A stretch of 64,000 nt of DNA from Dimorphilus gyrociliatus (taxonomy: Eukaryota > Animalia > Annelida). The translations under genes were made by a program, and so were the position numbers. This document shows, piece after piece, positions 1 to 14,995 of the stretch; the first letter of the stretch is position 1; every line of letters begins with the position of its first letter. Where the stretch lies: positions 799,713-863,712 of the forward strand of contig CAJFCJ010000004.1 in assembly GCA_904063045.1 (NCBI GenBank). The letters run 5' to 3'. The notes under the pieces are model-generated. The model ran no database searches. It was not told where the DNA came from and saw nothing but the letters and a program-made list of their open reading frames with translations.

Positions 1-3000
1 ATAGAAATATATGTAACTGAGAAAGGTGCTGAAAATTGCATGGAAGTTTTAGCAAAGATCGAAGAGCCAAATGATAAGGTTTATTATATTAAATTAAAAT
101 CTGTATTAGTTAATTATAGCCTGAATATTATACTATTTTCAGCTATTCTTCGAAAAACTTAATGAATTCTTAAAGAACCAACAGTATCGGTATAGAGCAC
201 TTCTTCTATTAGGTTGTATTGTTACAAAACAACCCTTATGGTTAGGAAAAATTGTTCGCTGCAACACATTCAAGGCCATTCTTCAAATATTGAAAGTAAT
301 TAGTAATTCCTTTCTGAGGTTGTTACTCAATTCTTTAACAACTCTGATACCTATAGACTGACGCATCGAATGTACCTGTTCTGCTTACTGCTGCTTTGGA
401 CTTGTGTATAATTCTTCCATCTGTTGCTGCGCCAGTTGCTAATCATCTACAAGAAATATTTGATGTATTTATAAAGTTTGCCAATTTTGTGCATGCTCTA
501 CCAGGTAATAGAAATTGATACAATTTCTTTTATTCATTAGTATTATGTTATCATATTCTAATTCATACATATATATTTTTATATATCAGGGAACAACGCC
601 AAAGCTTATGCTTCACATGCGCAAATTACACTATTTTCCTTATTTAATACGTTGTATGGAATGTTTCCTTGTCATTTTTTAGCCTATCTGAGAAACACCT
701 ATCCTCGGACAAGTGATAAAGGAGTTTTTAAAAATGTTATAGATGTAAATTTTAATTCTTATAATTAATTATTTTTAGCACTACTCTCTTGGACTATAAA
801 TTCATTTTTCTATGTTTTATATTTAGCCTTTACTTAAGCACATTAAATTACATCCGCTCCTTATAACATCCTCTCTAGATGAAGAATTAAGTAAAGAAAG
901 ACTAGGAAAAAGAGAAGTAAAATTTTTTTAATTACAAAGCTAATGTGACGATAATGATGAAACAACAACACAAATAAACGCTTAGGTTCAGGATATAGTG
1001 GCAGAATGCAGCCAATTAACTGTAGAACTACCTTCAACATGCCACATTCGTCGTGAAGAAGAGCAAATTCCAAATAATCCTAATTTAGATCGTTACGGTG
1101 TTAGAAAACTAAAGGAAGAGTTAAAATTCGAAAGGAAAAAATCAAGTTCTCCTTCCCTTGTAGATAGCGCTGCCAGTTCTTTACAAGTAAGAAAAAATGA
1201 ATAATGACTTAATAAATATTTTTACCATAAAAAATATTCAGTAATATATTTAATTATTTTTTTCTTTTTGTTTTGTTGCTTCTAAAGTCTCAATTCTGGA
1301 GTCCAAGTGATCTTTGTGGTTATTCTACCCCTCCAAGGGCTAATAGAACTCAAGATGGTAATTGGAATATAATTGTAAATTATTGTCGCCTAATAAATTT
1401 ATTAATTATTTCAATTTTTTCAGATGGAAAATGCCAAAATGAAGTAAATAAAGTTGAGGAAAGCTCTGCTGAAAAGGTCAATTATTGTTTAGGGAATTAT
1501 TCTATACATGTTTTTATGTTTATTAATTATCTTCAAAGACATCATTCCCGTCTTAACGGAGTCGTTAATTAGACATAATTGTAGTACAACGTACCTAATT
1601 TTCCACGGCTGGTTTTTTTTCCAGATATCGACCAACAGAAAAATCCATTTGAGATTTCATTGTCGTTTCCTTGATCCTTTTTTTTGTCAGTTGGATTCTA
1701 ATAGACATTGAATATCATTTAAATAGCAGAGGATACGTCTTGTCATGTATCATTTTAAGATATTATGTTCATATTTTATGAAGAAATTGTTTGAGTAGTT
1801 TCAGAAAAACAATAGTTATAGATTTTTAGAGTTTTTTTTATTTTTACCATTAAATTTAATTCAACATTTTATTGATTGCTTGTTCAATAACTCATCTAAA
1901 AATAAACAGCTTTTTAGACGTCGCCGACGATCGAAATTATCTAACATTAATACAGAAGAAAAATCGTCTAATTTATCTACGCCAATGTCAACACCTATTC
2001 GAAGTGTTCCTCCATCACCTTTTTCCCTTGAAAATCAATCAAAGATCAGCCGATGCTTAGATTTCCAAGACAAGAAATATTTTGTTTGTACTATTTTTTT
2101 TTTTGGGAACTTAACGCAATAGCTTCTTTTGCTTTTAACTCTCTTTTGGAGTTTGTTTCTTTTGTATACATTTGCTGTCGCTTGAAAATTTTTTTTTCCT
2201 ACTCTGATAAAATACCTCACAAAATAGCTAATAATACTTATATTACATCTGTTCTGTATTGCAGACTGATGAACAAACTCCTCTTGAAAGAAGTATTGGT
2301 TTACCAAGCACAAGTACATGCCAAGATTTGGAAATAGTAGCTGAAAAATTACAGTTTGTTGCCAAGCAGTCTATTGATCAGGAATTAACAAACTCACCCT
2401 TTCCTCTTTCCTCTAATGGTAAGTTCACTCTTCAATCAATCCTAATGATGATGCAATAGAAAGAAATATCCGAGGATAATATTAAAAAAAAAGTACTTAA
2501 TTTCGAGTGATGTATAAACTAGGACAAAATCCTTATTGATACATTGTTAGAACAAACTAGAGTTGCTGGGAACATTAATTAGTGACATATACGTCTTTCC
2601 TATTGTAACTCAATATCTACATTACTTCCTCTCTTACTAAATGTACCTGATGCATTTGATCGAAATTTCTAACATCAATAAGATTTATTCTTTTTAAATT
2701 TTTACCATCAACAAACATGAAAAAGTTGGATGCATGTTCCTCTTACAAAAAATCTATTTTTTTTAAATAGTTATTTACCAGTTTCTAAATATAGAAAGCG
2801 TAAAAGTGAAAAACAATAAATGTTGTTTATATATATATATATATATACTAATATATATATAAATATATTTTTAATTTGGAAGATAAATTAAATTACCCGC
2901 TCTACGTTCTCTCGATAATTTTTTACGCAGTATTTGTCTTAGGCTGAATAAAATATACAGTAAAGTTGCATAATAAGGTTTTTAAGCAGAAGATTCTACT

Positions 3001-6000
3001 TTTGATCCACTTTTTTTCTTAAGTACCATATACGTTTCTCTTATTATGCTTTAGTCATTTCTACTATAGAAAACTAGGCCCTTTTTATATATTTATGTGT
3101 AAGTATACACTGTATATTAAATACTGTTTTCTGAAAATAAAAGAGTTGAAAGAGTAAGACGTAATCTACTGCTAAGTATAAATTTCTAAGTTGAAATACA
3201 ATGAATACCTGGAAAACTTGTGGTTTGCGATATCCATTTTACTGCACAATATTGTCAACGGAAATGATTACCTTAACTATTCTCTTTGAAAAGAAAAATA
3301 TTGCTTTCCCAATTGTATTGTTGCTTTAACCCAATTTCTTTCGTAGACAATAAATATATTGTATACCATCTAATGTTTTGTATAATGGTAAATGCGCCAA
3401 TAGTTTACCTTTCCTCCAATTGATTTTAATTTCTAAAATCCATCAGAAAGAAACAGTTGGACGTTAATTAAATTAAATTTTAAATATAGTTTTAACAAAG
3501 CTATTTTGATCTTTTGTATGTTATTTATTGGAAAAAAGTCTATTTTTGATTTCTTGCATTCTACCAGACTTTCCTTAAATTAAAGCTAATGTAATTTAGA
3601 AACTCGCTGTCACTTTTTTTAATTACATCCTAGTTTCAAATCACCAGCTATCTAAAGAGAATAAAAAACGCCATCTATTGCACTGATAAACCCCATTACC
3701 TTATAAACTTTATCACTCTACTTGAAATAATATTTATTTTAGGGATCATTTTCACATTTATATGAAAATACATTAATTTAAATAATGATATTGATTTTAC
3801 ACCTAGATTTGGATGAAGAAGAAACACCTGATTGTGTTCCAACGGTAATGAAAAGAGAGCAATATGAAGAAGCTGAAGATGTTAAAGAGCTTATGCTGAC
3901 TTTAAATCGTATCCGATTTGATTCAATACCTTCAGCTTCATCTTCGTATACTAAAGATATCATGAACAATGGGCAAATGGCAAAATTACAAAAGTGTAAT
4001 AGTTGCCCGTCAATTCCTCCATTAGAAGAGGAAAAACCGAATCAAGAACTTGAAGAAACTCCTACTAATGTTAAAGATGCTTGCGTGCAAACATCAAACT
4101 TTATCGAAAATTGGGAAATGAGTTTAAAATATCCATTTGTACTACCATCTAGTAATGAAAACAATATTCATAATTCTACACCCCTTCCGGACTTATTAAA
4201 AGAACATCTACAATTAGGATCGGAAGTTTCATCGAGAAAGGTTTTGTTTGTTCTATTGTCATTTTAGGTTTTATATTAATCTAATTAATCAATAGTTTGG
4301 AAACGTACCACTCCCTGGTCAATCTAATGTTAGTTGGACACATTTTGGAGGTGTGGCACCGGCCGATGAGGTTCGTACTACATGAATTTTTCATTAAAGA
4401 AATTGATTAATTCGCATAAAAAATATGGTAATAATTAGGGAAATTATGTAGAATTATAAAGTAGATAGATCTTTTTTTCAAAGAATAGACTCCGTATTAA
4501 AACTATATACCTTCGAACTTTTAAGAACATTCAGAGCTTATACTTACATCTAAAAGAGCTATTTATACATTTTTTTTTTACGAATAATCAATTAACATGA
4601 AGATAATATTCCAGAACATAATAAATTACCTCTACCACTGGTATATATTATATATACTGCATATTTACATATTTATTGATGTCATCTCATTATTAGAACC
4701 AATTCCTCTTTTACATCACGAATAACGTATTTTTTACACAGTAATTATATATAAATTCCATTATTTAGCAGAATTCAAAACCGCATCAATTGTCTAAATA
4801 AATTAACTAAATTTTTGATTTCCCATCACAAAATAATTTACATTAGGCCATAATTATTTGTTATTATATAAAGCAGAAATTGTTATTTATAATAATAAAT
4901 ATGTCAATCTTTCTCTCTTTTTTTGGAACTATTACCTTTGCTTAGAGCAACTTTGCATGATATTTAATATACAAAAAATAACAGTCTTGGATTTTTCTCA
5001 GAACTGATGGTTATTTGTAAACATTTCGCAATATCATAAATGATGGAAACCTAAGAATTACAATAAATATTTCTGTAGTCTTGTATTTTTTTGAAAAAAA
5101 CTATGAGTATGCCTCTTTTTCAATAAGAAATTATAGATATGTCTTATATGTGCATTTATTTTCCAATTTTTTTTTAGTTATTTGCTTATATCAAAGGAAT
5201 ATTAAAAAATTTAGGATAGCATATCTGAAAGTTTTTATGAATGTATTACGTAATTTACGTAAAAAAAAATGAAAGCTACCTGTTTATTTTTCTAAGGCTT
5301 CTTTCTGAAAGATATTCTAGGGGAATAAATTTCTAATGAGAGCTTAAGGTAACGATTTTTGTATGAAAATAACTGTTAATGTTATTAATGCAAAGAACAA
5401 TAGATAGATAAGTACTTGTTATTTTTTTTACTGTATTCTTGGAGGATTTCGCATACAAGGGTGTAATTAGTTATTAAGAAGTAAACAATTTGGCTTTTAG
5501 TATTAAACTAATATTGCAAGGATAAGATTTAATATAAGATTTTGAGGAGTTAGGTGTATTATTCAAAGCAATTCTGTTTCTTGTAATCAGTTATATTATG
5601 AATATTTCATGATTTATGTGTCCTTGAAGAAAAATTACAATGAAATTCTGGAAAAATCGTTAAACGCTTAGCCGGTGTTGCTACATTGTATTTAATTCCC
5701 AAACGTCCTGACCACTACATCAGCCCATAGCTATAATCGTGTTGAAATTAACCACTTGTAGCATGGCCATAAGCTACAGAGTAATAGCATCTGATGGTAT
5801 TCTAAGAAAAGAGTCCAATACGAGTTTCTAACTTTTTTTTATTACACATTTTGATTATTAATTTCTCTGCTGAGAGAAAGCTTTGTTATTTATATGTAAA
5901 ATCAAGGTATGCTATACTGTAGGAAACGTTTTTTATTTGTTTAGCAAACAGATATGGCAAGGCTGAACTATTATTTCCCAAGCTAAGCTAAGATTAAATT

Positions 6001-7749
6001 TAGAAGCGTGTTAAGTTAAATGTAGTTAATGTGCAATATTTCCCGCTAGATGATTCATTTTTTGAATTAGAATTTTCCTAATAAAGGTACTGTCAAATTA
6101 AGAATTAACTGTAAGAGAGTTAAAGTGAATATCTATATATAAACTAATTAACTTTTTTGTTTGATTGAAAAATAATTAAAATAAGATTAGTTGACATAAT
6201 TTCATCAACCGTTATGTATTCATAGGTTAGTCCTCTTGTCAAAATATATCGGCTTTTTGAGTAGAATAAAAAGATTGTGGGTTCTTTGTGTTCCATATTT
6301 TGATAAACACTCATAGTTTTCCTTCAGTCTCTGCTTTTCTCTCGGCAAGGTTTATTTTTTTCATGATAATAAATTATCCCTATATTCTTAGTTTTCTGTG
6401 TAAAAATTATTCATTTTGGGGTTCCAATAAGATAATTTATTTTATATTTGCCTTCCAATTTGGTAATTTTCTATTTTTGAAAGTGAATTATATCAATATT
6501 AAAGGAAAAATCTCTCATTTATTAAAAACATAAGGTTAGTGTAATATTACTTTCTCTCTGTCTATCACTATCTCTCCCCTCCTTGTTCCCTTTTGTTAGC
6601 AATTATTTATATTTTTCAATATAACGTTAAATTTTCATACATATACAGTATCCATTTATAAATTTATATATACAGTATATACAGTATATACAGTATAATT
6701 TATATCTATACGAAATTACAAATGTTACTTTCATCTTTATTAGGTTATGAGTTAGTTTTTTCTGTTTCATCGAAAAGTCAAAGGGCTACTGTAATTATTA
6801 TTAATCTCTTTAGATATAAATTACTAATGGTCTTTATTAAAGAAATCGTTAGCAGTTGATGAGGTGATAAACCATAAAACCTTTTATTTTTAGTGATTTA
6901 ACACATACTATTTACAATTACATTTTCCGCTAATGTTGGTGTTGTTAAATGGAATAGGTAAAAGGAAAATAATTGCTTGCCTGAACAATTTTATGGCAAA
7001 TATAATACCTTTAAATATATATATTTAATATTATATATACAATATATATATATTAGTATATATATATACTAATATATTATTTGACTTTAGTTACTCACGT
7101 TTTTAAATTTTATATCAATCAAACTACATTAATAGCATCGTGATTTGGTTTGAAAGTTGTTTTATTTACTTTTTTTCCCATTATACTAGACTCACGAACT
7201 ATCAATATTTTTTAGTTTACTTACTCCTAGATATTGAAATATGAACAAACTTTATTATTTTAATAATTTGCGAAAATTTTTTACTCTAAACTTTTTGTAT
7301 TTAAATTGAAATTTTAATGGAAGAAAGAAGCTTTTATTCTAAAATAAAGAATTGTATTGACTTTGTTAAATAGTTTTTATAAAAGTAAACTAACTGTCAT
7401 TAACTCTTTCGAAATATGTAGAAGATTTAAAAATAAGTTTTGTGCGTCATTGACTTTCTTTGGGCTGATTTACGTCAACCAATACTTTATCTTACAATAT
7501 ATATATATATATATATATTAATGTGCTTCTTTAAATATTTGATCAATTTTACTTTTGATTTATTTTATTATTCTTTTTTGATATTTGACATCAGTAACCT
7601 TTGAAAGAAATATGTAAGATTGAAATGTATAAGTTTATCAAACAATATCTTCATTCCTACAAGTAGTTCATTATAAGATACTTTTCTTTCATAGTTTTTA
7701 TTCCTTTTAGCTAGGTCCTATGATATTGCTATATCATTTACTTAGAGTA

Positions 7750-7787
<38 letters not shown>

Positions 7788-10700
7788 GTATATGTAAAGA
7801 GGAAAATTTCAGTACCTTTTCAAATAGATCATTGTACACTTTTATTTGTCTTCTAAAGCACATTTATATTTTATTGCATTGAGTTTAATTATCAAACACT
7901 CTATTTTTCACGATTTTTAGACATTTGTAGTTAGTAATGATATTAACTTAAACAAACCTTATATACAATAATCGTGTTTACAATGTAATTTTAGCATAAA
8001 TATTTAAAAATTCAATATAATTATTCAGCAACCGAAAGATAAGCTGTAAGTTACTTTAATAATATGATAAGCATTGTTATTAAAGTATTTATAGAGTTAT
8101 TTGAATTATACACGATAAATAATTAGCTATTTATTAAGGCGATTTATAACTATGTATTGTAGTCTGATTAAATTATACTATTAGGTGTTTAAGAGGTATA
8201 AGATTAACTATAATGTCAGGTTTAGAATCAAACCGTAATACAATAAAATTATAAATTAGAAGTAAAAGTTTATAACTTTTCTACAGGTTAGCCTCTTGCG
8301 AGGTGAAATCCTACTTCTTCAAAATGAACTTCTGTTCGAGAGGTACAAAAGGCAAATGCATGCTGATAGAAATCGAAGACTATTGAAAAAAGTAACCGAA
8401 AGTAAAATGCTTGAGGAGCAAGGATTTACTAAGGTTTCGTTTAACTTTATTTTTTTTTACAATTACATTTCTAGACAAAACTACGGTTTCTATAGAAACA
8501 GCAGTCGAATTGGTGGGAAGATGAAATTCGAAGGCTAGCTGCATGCTTAAAAGAAAGTGAATCTGAGAATCAACGGCTTAAGAATGAAAAAGAAAAATTA
8601 ACTTTAGAAATTGATTTGCAAAGTAGGTGAGTCGAATACACGAAGTTAATTAACATTTTTAGATAATATATATTCCCTATTGTAATTTTATTGAAACCTG
8701 GAGCATATTTAAAGAAATGAAGTACTTAAATATATAAAAGTCAAAATGAACAAGGAAAATTATATATGAAAATTTTCATCAGAATCTAAAATATTCATTT
8801 TAACGGAGTATTCATGTCTCTTGGAGACTGGAGCGTAGCGAATTAGGTAGCTTTTGTCAACTATATCCTTGTATTAGAAAAGCTTTACTTATTTTCTAAT
8901 ATTTAAGTGATTTATAGGAATAATTTTGAGTGAAAATGCTCTCTAGGTTATACTTTTCCTTCCCTTTTTTTAAAAGAGTCACGATCCAGATTAGACTATA
9001 AATCATTATTTATTCATATAGAAACTTTTTGGTTGCAATTGACAACCTTAAATTAGAAAAGATGGATCTTATGGGAAGATTACATGAGGAAATTGATAAA
9101 GTTAAAAATTTACTTTCGGTAATATGAAAAATTTATTTTTTAATCTAAATATATCATATTTTCTAATTGTTTCTCTTAATTATATAAGGAAATGGATACA
9201 ATGAAATCAGATATGTTCAAATGCGAACAAGAGTTTCAACAAAGTAGAGTTAAAGCTGATCAGTCTGAAATTTTAGAAGTATATATTTGTTAAACTTTTT
9301 AAAAGCGAAATAGCAATATAAGAGAACGTTTTTATTGTATAAAAGAAAAGAGTAACGAAGCTGCAAAAAGAATTACTGCTTATGGGTGAGTTGCAACAGC
9401 AATATAAGAGTAGACTTGCCGAATTGAAAGAACGGAATGCTGCACTGCACGAGGCTAAAATTCAATTGGATAGTCTAAGTCAACACGAAGAAGGTAAATA
9501 TATTTTGATATGCCCACCCACTTGATAAAAAATTACTTGATACGTTACATAATAGGCAATGTAAGATAATTTTTTTCAAAGGAAACCTTTTTGTAAGATA
9601 TTATGTTCCGAGTTTTAGAGTAGAAAGACTAATTGATATAATTCTATTAGCTAGATGATATAGGTTTATCTGTATTTAGTCTTAATTAATTTTCATGAAA
9701 AGACTACTTAAGCTTAAATTAACGTCGATGTGTTTTTTTTCTTAGAAGTTATGTAAATTGTTTAATATGCTGTAAAATGTATTGAAAAATTTCTTTAAAA
9801 CTTTGCTCCATTCTTGTTTTCTGCTATTGCTGGTTTTTTTCCCTTTTACCTGCAACGAGTTTATTATGGATTTGGTTTGTTTTTTCATTTAAGTTTGGTA
9901 GTTATGCAACTAAGATATTTTCTTTTCTTCTAGACTGTGTTAAGTTCATCTTTATTATTCTATTGAATTATTTCATCTTATTTCTTATAAATATTTATTG
10001 AATAGAAAAGAGTGTTGATTAGCAATTGACAATTCAAATTGACCTGATTTTAACGTAGAATATCTATTCTATAAGCTATAATATGTTTTACACGAATAAG
10101 ATCATATTTAGAATATTGTTTGTAGTTGATTACTTAGGGTTTAAATATGATCTTTATAAAATTTATGATAGACGACATTGGGTCAAACCGAAAGGAGTAA
10201 TTACTTTAATGGGTACCTTTATTTATTTTAATAAACAGTTTTATTTCATACAATTTAACTAATCACTCATCTTTAATGGTCAATTTATTTATTAAATAAT
10301 AAAATATTTTTACAAATACTTTTACAAAACTTACTTAACAATTTTTTTTTCACTTTACCCAGCGCTGAAAGCTCAACTTAATCAAAAAACGAGAGAGTCT
10401 GAAGTCAATAGAGCAACCATAGAAGATCTTACAAGCCGATTAAATGATAAAGAACTGCATTTAAGAGAGATAAAGGCTGATTTTGAGCAGTTGCAACATA
10501 AATCCGATAGAGACATAGAGGTAAATGTCTAGTTTTGTTTATTTTCTATGAAAAGTAATAAAAATTCTGTACTGGTAGGCATGATTTGAGAGTAAGTACA
10601 ATCTCTTTAGGATAATAGAAATATCAAACATACTTGAATCGTTAAATTATTAATTTCTTTAAGTTTATTTCGATTTTTTGGTGTAATTGTCCCGATTTTC

Positions 10701-11593
10701 TGCCATTGATTACTCATATTTGTTTCCCAATAATAGTTGTTGTAGTCGAATTGAAAATATTTTATAGTAAATTCTACTCTTATATACTGTGTATATAATG
10801 TATTCTTTCTTCTTAAATTAAGTAGCACTTGTTCACGATGTAAAGAATAATATTGACAAAGATGTATTTTACATTTAAGAAGTCGCTAAGACTAAACATA
10901 AAAGGATAAATTTTATGTATCAGTAAGTTTTCAAAGATTTCTTAAGATAGAAAGTATTTAAGTCCCGCTTTACTTTAGATTCCCTCTTAATAAAGTCGTT
11001 ATTGATTATTCTTGAATAAGAATAGATTTTGCTTTTCTCCTTTTTCAATATTTATAAATACTTTATTGTAAAATGTACTGATATTTGCCAATATACAAAC
11101 TAAATGCAAAAGCATAGAAACTATTTACTGATTATAACATACATTGACGTAAATATGTAAGCAAATAATGCTTAATTCATATTACAAAATAATGTGCCTT
11201 TCTTGTTTTTTCTATGCTCTTTGCAGGCGTTGAAGAGTCATTTATCTACTAGGTATAATATAGAATCCACATTGAACGCGGAAATAATATATCTGAAAGC
11301 CGAACTGGATAAGAAAACCCAAGAACGAGGTAATATATTTTTAACACCTCTCTTGTTCTTTAATTGAAATACTGAATATATATGATCAAAATTTTTTAAA
11401 TAGGTGCTGCTTCTTCAGCAAGAAATAAAGTGATAGCGTCCGGAGAATCCTCTAATTCAGTAAGTAACTATTTCTTCTTTGGGGGCACTGATAAGATAAT
11501 TTTATTTTTCAGCCGTCTTATGAAAATGTTGAAAAAGGTGTCGATATCGCCTCGGAGACAATAGGTGTTATTAGCAGTGGAGATGAAGATTAA
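1..11593 (+). CDS. TSC1: Hamartin (TSC1), 5'-partial, about 22 exons in window
   Basis: Spliced exons: <1-78, 143-295, 357-504, 590-744, 827-916, 986-1186, 1288-1357, 1424-1476, 1585-1661 (tentative), 1918-2083 (tentative), 2265-2418, 3807-4240, 4296-4370, 8287-8433, 8496-8626, 9022-9118, 9189-9278, 9346-9493, 10363-10520, 11227-11329, 11404-11459, 11513-11593 (TAA). All GT-AG with matching phases, total 2865 nt. Hamartin motifs: LYGMFPCHF, IKLHPLLIT, QDIVAEC, WSPSDLCGYSTPP, WTHFGG and LLQNELLFERYKRQMHADRNRRLL, followed by a coiled coil. Confidence 0.95.
7752..7786. repeat. (TA)n microsatellite
   Basis: Uninterrupted TA run in the largest TSC1 intron. Confidence 0.9.
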
Positions 11594-12240
11594 TCATAAC
11601 ACTACGTTAAAAGTTGTTATGTTTTTGAAAGTTGACATTATTCTTACGCAATAAATTGTATTATTACGATAATATTGTTTAATTATTTTATTTTATGTCG
11701 TAAAGACATCTTTCTTCTTTTCAATACGTAATTAAACAATCCAATAAGTAAATAAACGTTTTATTATAACTAAGATAATTACCTAGCCAATTGCTTCAAT
11801 TTACCAGTTTTTATTTCTATTTATAGAATACTCTTAGATTCTTATTCATATATACTGTATATTTCCTATTTCTTTTTATGCTTTTCCTCTATAGGACATT
11901 CAATTCGACTAGAATTTGAAAGATCTTATGTTCCATGTAAAGATAACAAAAAGGTTAGGAATAAAACGAAACGAAAATTATAAAGCTGATTAGAATTTTA
12001 ATAAATTCTTTTTTAACTTTGCTGCAAATGTTTGCCACGTAAAAAGTCGCAGCTTTTGTATTTGTTTTTATGAAACCAGTTTAATTTTTTATCTGAATTC
12101 TCATAGTATTTAATCGTAAGTATAAATCTTAGACAATACATTAAAGGTTCTTAAAGAACCCCAACTTGTGTGATATTGCTTTGCATGATAAATATAACAC
12201 CTTCTATTATTCTCCATCAGTCCTCCCGCCCCCTCTTCAT

Positions 12241-12244
12241 TCTC

Positions 12245-12297
<53 letters not shown>

Positions 12298-12322
12298 CTT
12301 TCTCTTTCTCTGTCTCTGTCTC
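12241..12322. repeat. (CT)n microsatellite, partly interrupted
   Basis: Long TC run visible directly. It generates the spurious SL-repeat ORFs at 12166-12378. Confidence 0.95.
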
Positions 12323-13386
12323 TCCTCCACCCAACTATGCTGTCTGTCTGTCTCATTCTTTGTTCAATAAGCTTATGAAATATAAATAAAATAAATAACA
12401 AACAAGAAAGAACTTGTAAAGATTTTTGTCTGACCTAATTTAAGGACAACTGCAAAATATTTTTTGCATTAAAGTTCAGCCAGTAAAATTTTTAATTTTC
12501 TATTAAATTATGTGCGTTGTGTAAAGGATAGTTAATTTCAAATGATTAGTGAATCCTTAAAAATAAACAAACAATAGATAAAAAAATTAAATTATCAATG
12601 ATTACAAAGTTGTAGGTAAGGAAAAATAGTGAAAAAGGAGAGATGAGAGGAGAAAACGAGGATAGCAAACATAAAAAAATACTACAAAAAAGTGTACTTG
12701 GCAATGAAAACAGTATTCTAATTGGCCTAAAGTAGAGAAAATCCATGTATGGGTATATACAACGTTGTACATAGATAGCGTCTATATTTAGCAAATACAT
12801 GTTTAGTACAAAATTAATTTACATTTCTAATGAATGATAAATGAAAAAGCTAACAGTAGGCCTACATTTTGTTTTTATTTTGTTTGTTTTCGTTTTATTA
12901 ACATTTTAGTTAAGTTAGAGGGACGTAATGCTTCAACAATTGTAAATTCGTTGAGATAGAAAGATAGATTATAATAGGAATGCATATAAGATGTTAATAA
13001 TTCATATAAGAATATGGAAAATTAATTTTATTGTCTTGAGGGTAAAATATAATAAAAATATAATACAGAAAATAAATAATTAAGGTAAAAACAAACACTG
13101 TATAGTATAAGTGTTGCATACGTAGCTACAACAGATTTTTATGTCCAATTCAAAGGTATTTTATTTTATAAATAATGAATTTCCCTAAATAGCCTATAGA
13201 AATAGAGTAGGAGGGTTTACTTTTCTTCTTTCTAAACAGGGAATAATCTTTTTTCTTCCTTCAATTACATTTAACATGATATATTCTCATGCATATATCA
13301 TATGTACATAAATCATGTCTCACTTCATGTAAAAGGTATTAGTAAAGAATAGGAGGGGGAAGGAGTGAGGGAAAGACACACACAGG

Positions 13387-13401
13387 GAGAGACATAGAGA
13401 T

Positions 13402-13455
<54 letters not shown>
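13387..13455. repeat. (GA)n microsatellite
   Basis: Long GA run visible directly. Confidence 0.95.
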
Positions 13456-13459
<4 letters not shown>

Positions 13460-14905
13460 GAGAGAGAAAATAGAGAAAATAAGAATAAGAAATTTTACAT
13501 TTACGTATTAATTAAAAAGAACTTGAAGGTATTCCTTACAGTTTGTAAAAGATTCACAATTTAAAGAAAACTCTTTTTCTTCGTTTACCTTGACAATGGA
13601 TTGTAGATGAAAAATACTACTCATGTGCCACAGTGTATAGGTTTGACGTTCAGTTTTCACTGTATGCATTTAATTTTATTCATAATCTGCATATAAGTAT
13701 ATAAGCTATATTATATGTACTCTGAAGATGAAAACTCTTTTTCCTCCTTTTTTCTAGAATAAGGTATAGGATGGAAAATATCTTACTTTTAATAGAAAAA
13801 ACGAATATTAATCTTATTATATTTAAATTTTCAACTATTTCTTTATATTTAATAGAATTTATGTGCTCTCTTTGCAGGTTTCATTCCTAAATAGACAAAA
13901 CTAATCAATTATTATAAGAGAAAGTCTTTGATTATATTTAAAATAAAGTAAACTTAAATTGTAAACTCTTTTAAAGTATTAATTAAAAGAATAATAAAAT
14001 ATCTATATAGTTTTTAATACACCAAGTTGTTTTTATTATTTATAATATTTATCAATTCAATATGATTTATTGTTCATAAAGTTGGTCTTATTTATAGATA
14101 TATAAATTTTAAGTATCCATTGTTTTGGTAGTTTCGGTAAAGGAAACCAAGCGAAATAGATATAAATCGAGTCGAAAGTGAAATGGAAAAAAAAGGAATC
14201 TTAAGATACATATAAGACGAAGACGGTAAACCTTAAAGAGAGAAAAGTGTGGGAGGAGGCCAACGTGGGATCTTCTAACTAGACAAAGTTTTAATGGAAT
14301 TAATATTTACAAAGCACTAAGCATTACGTTTACGCATATTTATTAAATTTTCATGAATAAACACTTTTTCCTTCATTCATGCGGATTTTTTAAAACAATT
14401 AGGAAAGTTTTAATTATACTTTTATTCTAGTAAATGGGAATTTACTATTGGAGTCTAATACACCTTATCTTGAAAATCTATTAGTCTTAGTTGCATAGGT
14501 GCATGTATGTATGTATATACTACTATTACATTGATATTAATAGTATATAAAGATAAGTATATTTGTCTATTTTTCAAAAGCGTGAGCAATTTGTTAAGTA
14601 TACGTTTTGACTATTTCGTAAAAGGAAAAAAGCAATTATTTAAATCCTAAGAGATATAGAAGATTTTTTTCCGAAGAAGCTATTTCAATAAATTATTTAT
14701 ATCTTGTTCAATTTAAATTTATAGAAGAGTTTGGCAGCAAAACAATGAAGATATTGTTTATAATTTCAATTAAAATTTTCATTATAAACCATATTATTGA
14801 TTGAATAGAGGTAGAGTGTTAAAATAGAATTCTCTCTGTGCCTGCCTCTCTCTCTGTCTCACTCACTCACTTAATCATTAACGTTCTGCCTCGGTCTGTC
14901 TATCT

Positions 14906-14907
14906 CC

Positions 14908-14958
<51 letters not shown>

Positions 14959-14995
14959 CCTCTTTCTCTCTTTCTCTCTTTCTCTCTTTCTCTCT
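14906..14995. repeat. (CT)n microsatellite
   Basis: TC run with a degenerate pyrimidine tail. Confidence 0.9.

Noticed and set aside
4371-4385. Short read-through GTT CGT ACT ACA TGA giving a hamartin without the coiled coil
   Set aside because: An early stop is expected in any AT-rich intron. Nothing indicates a real intronic polyadenylation isoform.
2419-8286. Nested minus-strand gene in the two large TSC1 introns
   Set aside because: Several splice-like signals exist (near 3370-3430, 4630, 4930-5050), but the candidate exons have stops or need introns under 40 nt, and no consistent protein results.
8863-8871. ATATCCTTG resembling a U12 5' splice site
   Set aside because: It lies inside a normal GT-AG intron with no matching exon end or U12 branch site.
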